In this document: positions 10,592 to 19,383 of the stretch, one piece after another | Position numbering within the stretch: the first letter of the stretch is position 1 | Layout of the letters: every line of letters begins with the position of its first letter | Assembly (NCBI GenBank): GCA_903894565.1 | Contig: CAITQP010000009.1 | Span: forward strand, 8,576 to 72,575 | Direction: 5' to 3' | DNA length: 64,000 nucleotides | Source: an uncultured bacterium | GTDB lineage: Bacteria; Patescibacteriota; Minisyncoccia; Phycocordibacterales; UBA9973 | Position numbers and translations under genes: made by a program | The notes under the pieces: model-generated | What the model was told of the DNA's origin: nothing | The model's input: the letters and a program-made list of their open reading frames with translations, nothing else | The model's database searches: none

Positions 10592-10620
10592 TTGACATTA
10601 GCATCTATAGAGTGTATAAT
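10592..10620 (+). promoter_or_regulatory. perfect consensus sigma70 promoter
   Basis: TTGACA-17 bp-TATAAT upstream of ORF 10644. Confidence 0.8.
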
Positions 10621-10643
10621 GATAATACAACCAAAAATAAGTT

Positions 10644-10913
10644 ATGTTCTCAACTAAAAATTTGTTAAGCCCAGGAGCACTATTCGGGCATTTCGCAACA
10701 CTTGTGCAGATCGTACTGGTATTTACCGTGCCTACGATTCTGCCACTGCGCTTTTTGTTTTTTTCCCTGATTCCAATCGGAGTCAGCGAAATGATGTTCC
10801 TACTTGGAGCATTCGGACTTGCTAAGCAAAAGAGGGCGGCATTCGTGCTGTTCATATTAGCAGGAATGATGATCGTAGCAACAATGTTTCAATTATTTTT
10901 CTTGCGCAAGTAA
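10644..10913 (+). CDS. small membrane protein (~3 TM helices)
   Basis: 89-aa hydrophobic ORF behind a consensus promoter. Confidence 0.7.
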   Translation: MFSTKNLLSPGALFGHFATLVQIVLVFTVPTILPLRFLFFSLIPIGVSEMMFLLGAFGLAKQKRAAFVLFILAGMMIVATMFQLFFLRK

Positions 10914-10969
10914 CAGCCCCTCAACCTTATTCTTAAGCAGGCACTATCAATTAGTGTCTGTTTTTGCAT

Positions 10970-11806
10970 CTACTCCTCGATGTGAGTTCTCACGAGTGAG
11001 TACAAACAAGCCTCAATACCAAAAGCCTGCCCAATATCGTGCGCAAATTGTCGAACATAAAATCCGCTCGAAACAGTAAGCTCAACTTTGACCGTGAGTA
11101 ACTCATCAGGTAGGTCTCGGGCACACTGTGTCCACGTCTCAAGAATTTCGGCTTGACGAAAATCACCCTGAACAATACTCGTGAGTTTTTGGACTCGATC
11201 AAGTACTTCAGCTCGAGTGCGTGAGCCGACCGTGAGGTCGGTGTATGAAATGAGCTCCACATCATGTTTCGGCAAAAGAACCTCATTCCCCGCCCGCGCA
11301 TGCGTATGAAGCTGAATACCATCTACCGTCTTTGAAGAATATGCTGGATACTGTTGTTGGAATTTACCGATCATTTTTTTAAGAAATGCTTCAACGTGCG
11401 CAGAAATTTCCAAACATTCTTTTGAAAAGGCAACTCGTCGCGCGTGCTCGCGCGCGAGCTTCTCGGCGCCAAGCGCCTGCGAAAGGCCTTCTTCAAAAGA
11501 ATGTTTGGAAATTTCTGCGCAGGTAGAAGGAATACCCAACAAATCATATGTATCAGTTGATACACTAAAAATAATTTCGGCTACATACGTTTTAGAGAGT
11601 CCGCTGTAAGCGTCTTTGTTTTTACATTCCTCACCCACGAGGATAATCAGTTCACCTTCCGCGGCTGGGTCAAGTCGCCCCGCATACGTCATCGGAACAC
11701 TCGCATCAATCCCTTCGCTCGCGCGGAGTCGCTCCAAACAAACAAGCGGGGTTTCTCCCCACTCTTTGTATACGCGATATACGTTTTTTATACCTTCGCT
11801 TGCCAC
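10970..11806 (-). CDS. truB: TruB-like tRNA pseudouridine synthase carrying an in-frame hairpin-element insertion
   Basis: YAGRLDPAAEG, TDTYD, YPAYSSK, VSSGFYVRQFAHDIG, LVRT. Confidence 0.85.
   Translation of the reverse strand: MASEGIKNVYRVYKEWGETPLVCLERLRASEGIDASVPMTYAGRLDPAAEGELIILVGEECKNKDAYSGLSKTYVAEIIFSVSTDTYDLLGIPSTCAEISKHSFEEGLSQALGAEKLAREHARRVAFSKECLEISAHVEAFLKKMIGKFQQQYPAYSSKTVDGIQLHTHARAGNEVLLPKHDVELISYTDLTVGSRTRAEVLDRVQKLTSIVQGDFRQAEILETWTQCARDLPDELLTVKVELTVSSGFYVRQFAHDIGQAFGIEACLYSLVRTHIEE
11397..11521. mobile_element. hairpin element family A, copy 1 (inside truB)
   Basis: Perfect 30-bp arms (11397-11426 / 11492-11521); 65-nt core identical to 32476-32540. Confidence 0.85.
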
Positions 11807-12366
11807 GCCGTGTACGCCTCCAGAATCATTTGCTCAACTGTCGGAATATCATTCACTTTTGTATCAATCACCAAATCAAAATGGCTCGGGTCCTGGTAAT
11901 TTTCAATGGCGTAATATTTGTTGTAACGTTCTTTCTCACTCGCAAGTCGCTCAGAAAGTCGTGTCTTCACGTCGATGAGTGTCTCTGACATTTCCTCCTT
12001 GCGTTCAGATTTCTTGGCTTGAATATCGCCGAACACACGAGCACCCGCCGTATCCAAATCAAGATTCAAAAATACTTTGAATGAATCAGGTGCGAAAAAC
12101 CATCCAATACGTGAATCAATCACAAAATTGTTATTGCTATCCATGAAGGCTTTTTGCTTGGCATCGATTTCACGATCAACCGCTGGGTCATTTTCTGCAA
12201 GGAGGTTGAGTTCAACGATAGTCAGCCCACGCTCACTCGCCATCGCACGCATGAAGTCCCCAGCCGAGTAGTGCGGATAGCCGAGCGCTGTGGCCACACG
12301 CTTGGCAGCGGTTGATTTGCCTGAACCGAGCATGCCACAGATGGTGATGATGTTGCGCTTTTGCAT
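11788..12366 (-). CDS. cmk: cytidylate kinase (archaeal-type)
   Basis: ITICGMLGSGKSTAAK, SAGDFMR, IDSRIG, FKVFL, FDLVIDT; start at ATG 12366. Confidence 0.85.
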   Translation of the reverse strand: MQKRNIITICGMLGSGKSTAAKRVATALGYPHYSAGDFMRAMASERGLTIVELNLLAENDPAVDREIDAKQKAFMDSNNNFVIDSRIGWFFAPDSFKVFLNLDLDTAGARVFGDIQAKKSERKEEMSETLIDVKTRLSERLASEKERYNKYYAIENYQDPSHFDLVIDTKVNDIPTVEQMILEAYTAWQAKV

Positions 12367-12446
12367 AGGCGAAGAATAGCACGACTCGAGCAAAATAAAA
12401 AATAACCACCCAATCCTGAGTAGTTATTTTCTATTATTATTTATAT

Positions 12447-13013
12447 TTAATCTACGGAGAGACTGTTCTCAGTAGCAAATAGCTGTAGTTGGAAAAGGCC
12501 AACTTCCTCAATACCAAACCTGACAAAGATATCGAGCAGCAGTAGTAACTGTTGGCAATATTTTCGTTCTTTAGGGTCCTTTTTGGTCTCTTTCTCAGCC
12601 ACAATCTTTGAACGAATGATCTCACCCTCCTCGACAATCCATTTTTTAAAGTTATCTTCAATTTTTTTCACATACCAATCAACCAACTGTTGATTGGGCT
12701 TAAGTGACCTTTTCAGCATCACTATTTTATGGGGATAAAATCCCCCGAGGTCCATCTCCCTTTTTATCGTCAAGAATAGAACGAAGACAAACTCGTCTAT
12801 TGACCTTTTTTGCAGTAGGGTCAATTTCTTTTTGCAAAAAAGGTACTCCGCGAATATCTCGCGGTTTATTGATGTTAGCCAGGTAATCCTTTTGTGTAAA
12901 CCTGGAAGACCAATCCCTAGGTCCTGCTTCTCAAACAGATACCTTTGAAAAAAATACCGAGCCAAAAAAAATACGGCGGGTAGAACTAAGAAAATCAATG
13001 CTAGTTTGCTCAT
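12447..13013 (-). CDS. hypothetical protein with N-terminal TM helix
   Basis: AT-rich ORF; likely start MSKLALIFLVLPAVFF at 13013. Confidence 0.6.
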   Translation of the reverse strand: MSKLALIFLVLPAVFFLARYFFQRYLFEKQDLGIGLPGLHKRITWLTSINREIFAEYLFCKKKLTLLQKRSIDEFVFVLFLTIKREMDLGGFYPHKIVMLKRSLKPNQQLVDWYVKKIEDNFKKWIVEEGEIIRSKIVAEKETKKDPKERKYCQQLLLLLDIFVRFGIEEVGLFQLQLFATENSLSVD

Positions 13014-13066
13014 GTGAACAATTGTTTTGTTGTGTGAAATTTTATTTACACTACAACATATCCACA

Positions 13067-13108
13067 TATATAACAAGAGCCACACGTGAGTGTGGCTCTT
13101 GTTATATA
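13067..13108. terminator. 19-bp perfect stem-loop after rplE
   Basis: TATATAACAAGAGCCACAC-GTGA-GTGTGGCTCTTGTTATATA. Confidence 0.65.
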
Positions 13109-13121
13109 CTATGAAAATTGA

Positions 13122-13682
13122 TTATTTCTTCTTCTTTACATCCTCTTCCTTTTTGAAAGGAACACCGATGAGTTCGAAGAATGCGAGACCTTCTGCCTTT
13201 GTCTTTGCACTCGAGACGATTGTGACAGAGAGACCGAAGACATCCTTGATATCTTCATCTGCAGTTTCAGGGAAGATTGTGTGTTCCTTGATACCGAGTG
13301 TGAGGTTACCGATCGAGTCAACAGCTGAAGGATTGAATCCACGGAAGTCCTTCGTGCGAGGGACTGCAATGTTGAAAAACTTTTCAAGAAATCCGTACAT
13401 GCGAGGACCGCGGAGTGTTACAGAAACACCGACTGGGTCGCCCTGACGAATCTTGAATGTTGCGATTGATTGCTTTGCACCACGGAGTGCAGTCTTCTGT
13501 CCGGTGATCTTGGTCAAACGGTCAGCAACGAGATCGTTGTGATTCTTGTTACGCTTCATTGCGTTTCCAGTTCCGGAACCAACAACAACCTTCTGGAGCT
13601 TTGGAGCTCCCATGACGTTCTTGTAGCCAAACTTTGGCTTCAAAACTTCGTATGATTTTTGTGCTTTTTCTTTTACAGTCAT
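13122..13682 (-). CDS. rplE: 50S ribosomal protein L5
   Basis: ITGQK, AKQSIATFKIRQG, VTLRG, PRTKDFRG, GIKEHTIFPE; start at ATG 13682. Confidence 0.98.
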   Translation of the reverse strand: MTVKEKAQKSYEVLKPKFGYKNVMGAPKLQKVVVGSGTGNAMKRNKNHNDLVADRLTKITGQKTALRGAKQSIATFKIRQGDPVGVSVTLRGPRMYGFLEKFFNIAVPRTKDFRGFNPSAVDSIGNLTLGIKEHTIFPETADEDIKDVFGLSVTIVSSAKTKAEGLAFFELIGVPFKKEEDVKKKK

Positions 13683-13683
13683 A

Positions 13684-13989
13684 TTATACTTCCTGTCCGC
13701 TCTTCTTAGCGATGCGGATCTTCTTTCCATTAACATCCTGAGCACCCAAACGAGTTGGCTTGCCGGACTTTGGATCGAGGATCGCGACGTTTGAGCGATT
13801 TACTGGGTGAGCAATGTCCACCATCTGTCCCTTACCACCACGGGTAGTACTCTTCTGGTGACGCTTCTTCATGTTGAGACCCTCGACGAGAACTTTGTTC
13901 TCCTTTGGGAATACTGCGAGGATTTTGCCTTTTTTACCAGCATCCTTGCCTTTTGTGACTATTACGTTGTCTCCTTTTTTGATATTCAT
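13684..13989 (-). CDS. rplX: 50S ribosomal protein L24
   Basis: IKKGDNVIVTKGKDAGKKG KOW motif. Confidence 0.97.
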   Translation of the reverse strand: MNIKKGDNVIVTKGKDAGKKGKILAVFPKENKVLVEGLNMKKRHQKSTTRGGKGQMVDIAHPVNRSNVAILDPKSGKPTRLGAQDVNGKKIRIAKKSGQEV

Positions 13990-14012
13990 ATAATTGAAAG
14001 GTAGATTAATCG

Positions 14013-14390
14013 TTAGATAACCTCAGGGGCAAGAGAAATAATCTTCTGGTATCCGCGCTCTCCGAGCTCGCGTGGAATTGGTCCGAAAATGCGTCCAGCA
14101 ATTGGCTCGAAGCGCTGCTTTCCAGAACCGATGAGCACAACTGCGTTGTCATCAAAACTGATGTATGAACCATCTTTGCGGCGCATAGCTTCGCGCTGAC
14201 GGACAACAACTGCGTGGTGAACACCCTTCTTTTTGACACCCTTGCGAGGTTCAGCCACTTTGACCGAAATCACAACGACATCGCCGATGCGTGCGTAGCG
14301 ACGCTTGGATGAACCAAGCACCTTGAAGACCATGCCGACTTTTCCTCCGGCGTTGTCTGCTATTTTGACTATTGTTTGTGGCTGAATCAT
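14013..14390 (-). CDS. rplN: 50S ribosomal protein L14
   Basis: MIQPQT...ADNAGGK, FDDNAVV, RIFGPIPREL, IISLAPEV. Confidence 0.98.
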   Translation of the reverse strand: MIQPQTIVKIADNAGGKVGMVFKVLGSSKRRYARIGDVVVISVKVAEPRKGVKKKGVHHAVVVRQREAMRRKDGSYISFDDNAVVLIGSGKQRFEPIAGRIFGPIPRELGERGYQKIISLAPEVI

Positions 14391-14413
14391 ATAATGTGTG
14401 TTACCTAAAACTA

Positions 14414-14674
14414 TTACTTAGTGACGAGAGTGAAACGCTTGTCTTTTGAGATAGGTTTTGTCTCGACGATTTGAACCTTATCCCCTACTTTTGCAACTCC
14501 GTTCTCATCATGTACCTTGTACTTCTTTGTAAGTGTCTGGTACTTGAGATACTTTGGGTGCTTCTCGAAGCGTGTGACCGCTACAGTGACTGTCTTTTGC
14601 ATTGCTGCTTTGACAACTGTTCCTGAGAGGACGGTCTTCTTTGTATTACTTTTTTCTGGTGTTTTTGTTTTCAT
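14414..14674 (-). CDS. rpsQ: 30S ribosomal protein S17
   Basis: GTVVKAAMQKTVTV, HPKY, VHDE, GDKVQIVETKPISKDKR. Confidence 0.97.
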   Translation of the reverse strand: MKTKTPEKSNTKKTVLSGTVVKAAMQKTVTVAVTRFEKHPKYLKYQTLTKKYKVHDENGVAKVGDKVQIVETKPISKDKRFTLVTK

Positions 14675-14682
14675 AAAAATAC

Positions 14683-15102
14683 TTATGCACGAGAGACGAC
14701 GCGAGTTTTGACTGGAAGTTTGGTTCCCGCCTTGCGGAGAGCCTCACGAGCACCTGCTTCATCCATACCGTCGATTTCAAAAATGACACGGCCTGGGCGA
14801 ATCTCCATACAGAATCCCTGTGGATCTCCTTTACCCTTACCCATTCCCACTTCTGGTGGCTTTGCCGTATATGGTCGGTCTGGGAAGATACGAATCCATG
14901 CTTTGCCCGTCTTGGTCATCTGACGTGCCATAGCCTTACGAGCAGCCTCGAGCTGGTTTGAACGAATACGTCCAGATGTCTCAGCCTTGAGGCCGAAAGA
15001 TCCATACGAGATTGTCGTACCTCGGGTGTCAGGCTTCAAGGTACTCATGTCCTTGCGTCCGGTCTGCCACTTTCTGTATTTTATTTTCTTAGGGAAAAGC
15101 AT
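14683..15102 (-). CDS. rplP: 50S ribosomal protein L16
   Basis: MLFPKKIKYRK, QLEAAR, WIRIFPD, MGKGKG. Confidence 0.98.
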   Translation of the reverse strand: MLFPKKIKYRKWQTGRKDMSTLKPDTRGTTISYGSFGLKAETSGRIRSNQLEAARKAMARQMTKTGKAWIRIFPDRPYTAKPPEVGMGKGKGDPQGFCMEIRPGRVIFEIDGMDEAGAREALRKAGTKLPVKTRVVSRA

Positions 15103-15122
15103 AAATGTATCGTTAAATTAGA

Positions 15123-15815
15123 TTATTTCTTGGCTATGGTCGAGTTCTTTGCATCTTCTTTTATATCGAAGATTTCACCGCGGTAAATCCACACCTTGAT
15201 ACCGATGTCTCCATAGGTCATGTGTGCACGCTCACGAGTGTAGTCGACGTCTGCACGGAAAGTCTGAAGTGGGATTGATCCACGCTTCTGCTCTTCGATG
15301 CGGGCGATTTCTGCACCACCGAGACGTCCTGAGATGACGATCTTGACTCCTTCAACTCCGCGAGTAGCGATGACACGCTCTACAGCCTGCTTCATAACAC
15401 GGCGGAATGGAAGACGCTTTTCAAGAGCCTCAGCAACACCATACGCAACGATGTGTGCATCAGCATCTGGGTTCATAACTTCAATGATGTCGAGCTTGAG
15501 TTCTTCTGGAACTGGAATGCCCTTCTTTTTCATGAAAGTGACAATTTCCTGCTTGAGTTTGGTTGATCCCTCACCTGAGCGACCAATGACCATACCTGGG
15601 CGTGATGTACGAATGATGAAACGAGTAGACTTTGGTGAGCGCTCCATCTCAATAGATGAGACATAGAGACCGCGCATACGCTTCTCGAGGTATTCACGAA
15701 CAAGAACATCTCCCTTGAGGTATTCTCGGTATTTCTTAGGTCCTGCAAACCAGCGAGATTTCCAATCTCGGAGGATAACAAGTCGGTGTGCGTATGGATG
15801 GACAACTTTTGACAT
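15123..15815 (-). CDS. rpsC: 30S ribosomal protein S3
   Basis: WKSRWFA, RPGMVIGRSG, SGRLGGAEIAR, PLQTFRADVDY. Confidence 0.98.
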   Translation of the reverse strand: MSKVVHPYAHRLVILRDWKSRWFAGPKKYREYLKGDVLVREYLEKRMRGLYVSSIEMERSPKSTRFIIRTSRPGMVIGRSGEGSTKLKQEIVTFMKKKGIPVPEELKLDIIEVMNPDADAHIVAYGVAEALEKRLPFRRVMKQAVERVIATRGVEGVKIVISGRLGGAEIARIEEQKRGSIPLQTFRADVDYTRERAHMTYGDIGIKVWIYRGEIFDIKEDAKNSTIAKK

Positions 15816-15818
15816 ATA

Positions 15819-16241
15819 TTATTTCGTTACTGACTTAGCCTTAGTAGCTTTCTTTACTGGAGCCTTTTTCGCCTTTGGCTCAGCTTTCACGGCCTTGGTC
15901 TTCTTCTCTTCTTTGACACCGGTCTCAGCGAGAGTAAGAGTAACATGGCTTGAATGTTTGTGGATTGCGGAAGCGCGTCCGAAAGCTCGTGGCATATGGC
16001 GCTTCATAACGATACCCTTGTCTACAGTGACATCTTTGACGAAGAGGTTCGCAACATCGGCACCGCCTACCTTTGCGTTTGCAACAGCTGAAGCAAGGAG
16101 CTTTTCCATAGGAAGAGCAGCACGCTTTGCAAGGTGCTTGAGTTCGAGTTCAGCCACAGCGACTGGCTTGCCCTTAATGAGACCCGCTACGAGGCGGACT
16201 TTGCGAGGAGCTTGGCGATAGTTTTTGAGAAAAGCTTTCAT
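15819..16241 (-). CDS. rplV: 50S ribosomal protein L22
   Basis: RQAPRKVRLVA, SAVANA, PRAFGRA; Lys-rich C-terminal tail. Confidence 0.97.
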   Translation of the reverse strand: MKAFLKNYRQAPRKVRLVAGLIKGKPVAVAELELKHLAKRAALPMEKLLASAVANAKVGGADVANLFVKDVTVDKGIVMKRHMPRAFGRASAIHKHSSHVTLTLAETGVKEEKKTKAVKAEPKAKKAPVKKATKAKSVTK

Positions 16242-16254
16242 AAGAGTTTAGATA

Positions 16255-16602
16255 TTACTTCTTCTTGGCATCAGTTGTAGAAGCCTTTGCAGCCTGAGCA
16301 GCGGCGATGTCACTCTCCTTCTGCTTGGTTTCGAGCTCCTTCTGCATCTTACCTCCGTGCTTACGGAATGTACGTGTAGGAGAAAACTCACCCAATCGGT
16401 GACCAACCATGTCCTCAGTAACGAGAACCTCAACATGCACCTTGCCGTTGTGAACACCAAAAGTGAAGCCCACCATTTCTGGGGCAATCTGACATGCGCG
16501 TGCCCATGTCTTAATAACAGCGGAACCTTGCGCTGTTTTACCCTCAATCTTTTTCATGAGGCGCTCGTCTACATATGGTCCTTTTTTGAGTGATCGTGTC
16601 AT
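16255..16602 (-). CDS. rpsS: 30S ribosomal protein S19
   Basis: [34 protein letters not shown]; start at ATG 16602. Confidence 0.98.
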   Translation of the reverse strand: MTRSLKKGPYVDERLMKKIEGKTAQGSAVIKTWARACQIAPEMVGFTFGVHNGKVHVEVLVTEDMVGHRLGEFSPTRTFRKHGGKMQKELETKQKESDIAAAQAAKASTTDAKKK

Positions 16603-16640
16603 ACAGTAATTAAAATAGCTCCGAGGAGCCGTGTCCAGAC

Positions 16641-16668
16641 ATACTAGCAAAAACGCGGAGATTGTCAA
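16641..16668 (-). promoter_or_regulatory. promoter restarting the S10 operon at rpsS
   Basis: Minus strand TTGACA-N16-TAGTAT with TGn extension. Confidence 0.55.
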
Positions 16669-16749
16669 ATCCCCTGATTCTTTTATTCCCTTATTTGACG
16701 AAACGACTATTTTGTATTAAAGTTTCGTCAACCAAAAATTTAAAATCTA

Positions 16750-17289
16750 ATGTTAACGCGACCACAACTCGAGGCATTCCTCATATGGGAACTCGCCGAC
16801 GCACTTACTTCTAAAACGGGGAAAAATTCTCGTGCGATTAAAAAACGTATTCTTAAAACGAAGTGCTTGCACGTCTTTACAAGTTTAGTAAAGGGAGTAA
16901 AAGCTCTTGAAAAAATTGACTACCTTATTTCACTGAGAGAGAAAGATTCCCTCGCAAAAAGTTGTGCGTCGATAATTGACGCACAGTTCCTACATTTCGA
17001 AGGAGGAAAATTTTTTGACACTCGCGGTTACCAAATAGAGCCAAAGTGCCACGAAAAGCTTAAGCCGAGAATGATGCTGTTCGCAACCACACAGACTGAT
17101 GAAGATAGAGTCTCGGCAGGCCTTCTCAGCGCAATGCAAAAAATAAATTTCAAAGGAACCTTCGTCGTGGTAAGCCATGATGAAGTACCTGGATTAATCA
17201 AAGCTGCCACCCTATTGGAAGTAGTCCAATTACGGGGAGAATGTGATGATAAGAAGCTTATTCAATTAAGGAATGATCTTCTCATCTGA
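16750..17289 (+). CDS. hypothetical protein
   Basis: 179-aa ORF in the rplB-rpsS insertion, followed by a bidirectional hairpin at ~17319-17352. Confidence 0.65.
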   Translation: MLTRPQLEAFLIWELADALTSKTGKNSRAIKKRILKTKCLHVFTSLVKGVKALEKIDYLISLREKDSLAKSCASIIDAQFLHFEGGKFFDTRGYQIEPKCHEKLKPRMMLFATTQTDEDRVSAGLLSAMQKINFKGTFVVVSHDEVPGLIKAATLLEVVQLRGECDDKKLIQLRNDLLI

Positions 17290-17356
17290 ACACTCAGAAT
17301 TGGAAACAAAATGAAAATAGAAAAAGCGTACTTACAATGAACGCTTTTTCTTTTGC

Positions 17357-17755
17357 CTATTTTAAGTAAAACAACGCGAATACTTTTGGAAGAAAAATAA
17401 TCATTCCGATGATTCCCCCGAGGAAGACGGTGATGAGTACGGCGCCGGCAGCAATGTCTTTGATATCACGCGCTTTCGGATTGTATTCTGGGCTCTTGAG
17501 ATCAACGTCAATTTCGATCGCCGTATTCACAGCTTCAGCTGCAAGAATGAGACTCATCGTGAGGAGAATAACGATCCATTCAATATTTGAAATACGAAGC
17601 AAGAATCCGAGATACACAGCGAGAAGCGCAAAGAAAAGGTGGAGCCACGCCGCATGGGTATCCTTGATGAATATCCCTACTCCACGAAGTGCGTGATTTG
17701 AATGATGAATGCGCTTGCGCAAACTAAATGGCTGTTTCTGTTCTCCTGGTTGCAT
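17357..17755 (-). CDS. dgkA: diacylglycerol/undecaprenol kinase family protein
   Basis: HALRGV, AEAVNTAIEIDVDL, IKDIAAGAVLI; start at ATG 17755. Confidence 0.88.
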   Translation of the reverse strand: MQPGEQKQPFSLRKRIHHSNHALRGVGIFIKDTHAAWLHLFFALLAVYLGFLLRISNIEWIVILLTMSLILAAEAVNTAIEIDVDLKSPEYNPKARDIKDIAAGAVLITVFLGGIIGMIIFLPKVFALFYLK

Positions 17756-17830
17756 ATGAAAAGTGTACCATAGAAAAAGACGCGAGCAGATAATCACTCA
17801 CGTCTTTTTTCTTTTCAGATTTTCCTTTTT

Positions 17831-18193
17831 TTACTTTCTTGCGGGGACAAGAATCATCGAGCCAGCACCATAGTACTGGTCTGGGTTCGCAAACACGAAG
17901 CCTTCTCCGGTGAACTCATACAAATGACTATTGTACGAAATGAGGTAGACGGCTTTGTGTTCCCTCTTTACTTTTTTCCAACCATCCAGAGTTTGAACAG
18001 GGTATTCATGCTCGATCTGATTTGGCAATCCAGCCTGATGGGCATTTGCCATCATGAACACGAACGTGTCGATACTTAATTTAAATTCCTTGCGGTTAAC
18101 TATTTGCTTTAGCCAAGGACATGAACATGCAATCGTGTGCATGATTTGAAATTGATTGCCAGCAATCATAAGCTGAGTGATTGTGCTCTTCAT
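17831..18193 (-). CDS. hypothetical protein downstream of a putative attenuator
   Basis: 120-aa ORF, no recognisable motif. Confidence 0.65.
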   Translation of the reverse strand: MKSTITQLMIAGNQFQIMHTIACSCPWLKQIVNRKEFKLSIDTFVFMMANAHQAGLPNQIEHEYPVQTLDGWKKVKREHKAVYLISYNSHLYEFTGEGFVFANPDQYYGAGSMILVPARK

Positions 18194-18289
18194 AAATTTT
18201 GGTTTTAAAAGAAAAGAAATACGTGGTCATTCATTTTGGACCACAGCTCTAAAGACTCTGAGCTTCTCGAGAGCTGTGGTTCAAAACCC

Positions 18290-18332
18290 ATAATACAAAA
18301 GCCCCCCGCGTACGCGGGGGCTTTTGTATTAT
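18290..18332 (-). terminator. intrinsic terminator of the putative attenuator
   Basis: Minus strand AAAAGCCCCCGCG-TA-CGCGGGGGGCTTTTGTATT. Confidence 0.75.
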
Positions 18333-18344
18333 TGAATCAAAGAT

Positions 18345-18419
18345 TTATACAATAAAAGCAAACCCCCGCGCCGAGCGGATAATAATGAGGGTGCTAATAA
18401 TTGTGTTCTGAGCGAACAT
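18345..18419 (-). CDS. putative Ile/Thr-rich attenuator leader peptide MFAQNTIISTLIIIRSARGFAFIV
   Basis: 24-codon ORF translated by hand; its 3' part CGCGGGGGTTT is complementary to the 5' arm of the downstream terminator. Confidence 0.7.
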   Translation of the reverse strand: MFAQNTIISTLIIIRSARGFAFIV

Positions 18420-18454
18420 ATTTTTAATTTAGTATTCTGGGGAGAAAAAGTCAA

Positions 18455-18486
18455 GCAAAAACGCGCCCGTAAGGGCGCGTTTTTGT
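18455..18486 (-). terminator. terminator after rplB
   Basis: CAAAAACGCGCCC-GTAA-GGGCGCGTTTTTG. Confidence 0.75.
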
Positions 18487-18498
18487 GTGTCATTTGAA

Positions 18499-19341
18499 TT
18501 ATTTCTTCTTTTTTCCGACGACGCGTCGTGAGACGATGAGGTGGTTTGAGTATTTCTTTGGTCCACGAGTCTTGCGACCTCCGGTGACCTTTCCCCACAT
18601 TGTCTTTGGGCGACGTGTTCCACGGCCCTGGCGTCCTTCTCCTCCTCCGTATGGGTGGTCAACTGGGTTCATGGCAGTACCACGAACTGTTGGTCGAATA
18701 CCCTTATGGCGGGAGCGTCCAGCCTTACCAATGTTTACGAGGTGATGTTCTTCGTTTGAAACTTCACCAATCGTTGCCCAGCATTTCTCAGATACCTTGC
18801 GGACTTCTGATGATGGGAGTTTGATAAGCGTGTACCCGTTGTCGTTCGCCACAACCTGAGCAAAGTTACCTGCTGAGCGGACCAATTTGGCCCCGCCAAG
18901 CGGTTTGAGCTCGATGTTGTATACGAATGTACCAACAGGGATTTTTGAGAGCGGGAGACGGTTTGGAGACGAGAGTGTTGCTTCTGCTGAAACGATGAAT
19001 GTTGCGCCTGGGCGAACAGACTTCGGTGTGAGCATGTAACGCTTCTCTCCATCCTTGTACACAACGAGTGAGATGAATGAAGTTCGGAATGGATCGTACT
19101 CAACTGAGACGACTTTCGCCGGAATTTCTTTCTTGTCAAAACTAAAGTCTACATCACGGTAGAGCTTCTTGTTTCCTCCTCCCTTGTGACGCACCGTAAT
19201 GCGTCCGAGGTTGTTGCGGCCCATATCGCGCTTGCCACCAGAGGTGAGCGCTTTATGCGGTTCAGATTTTGTGATCACGCCACGGTACGTGACTGTAGTC
19301 ATGTGACGGCGTGATGGTGTTGTCGGTGAATATTTTTTCAT
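18499..19341 (-). CDS. rplB: 50S ribosomal protein L2
   Basis: GRNNLGRITVRHKGGG, EYDPFR, VRGTAMNPVDHPYGGGEG. Confidence 0.99.
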   Translation of the reverse strand: MKKYSPTTPSRRHMTTVTYRGVITKSEPHKALTSGGKRDMGRNNLGRITVRHKGGGNKKLYRDVDFSFDKKEIPAKVVSVEYDPFRTSFISLVVYKDGEKRYMLTPKSVRPGATFIVSAEATLSSPNRLPLSKIPVGTFVYNIELKPLGGAKLVRSAGNFAQVVANDNGYTLIKLPSSEVRKVSEKCWATIGEVSNEEHHLVNIGKAGRSRHKGIRPTVRGTAMNPVDHPYGGGEGRQGRGTRRPKTMWGKVTGGRKTRGPKKYSNHLIVSRRVVGKKKK

Positions 19342-19383
19342 ACGCTAAAAAGATTTCGTATATCTCGAGGGTTTCCCTTCGGA

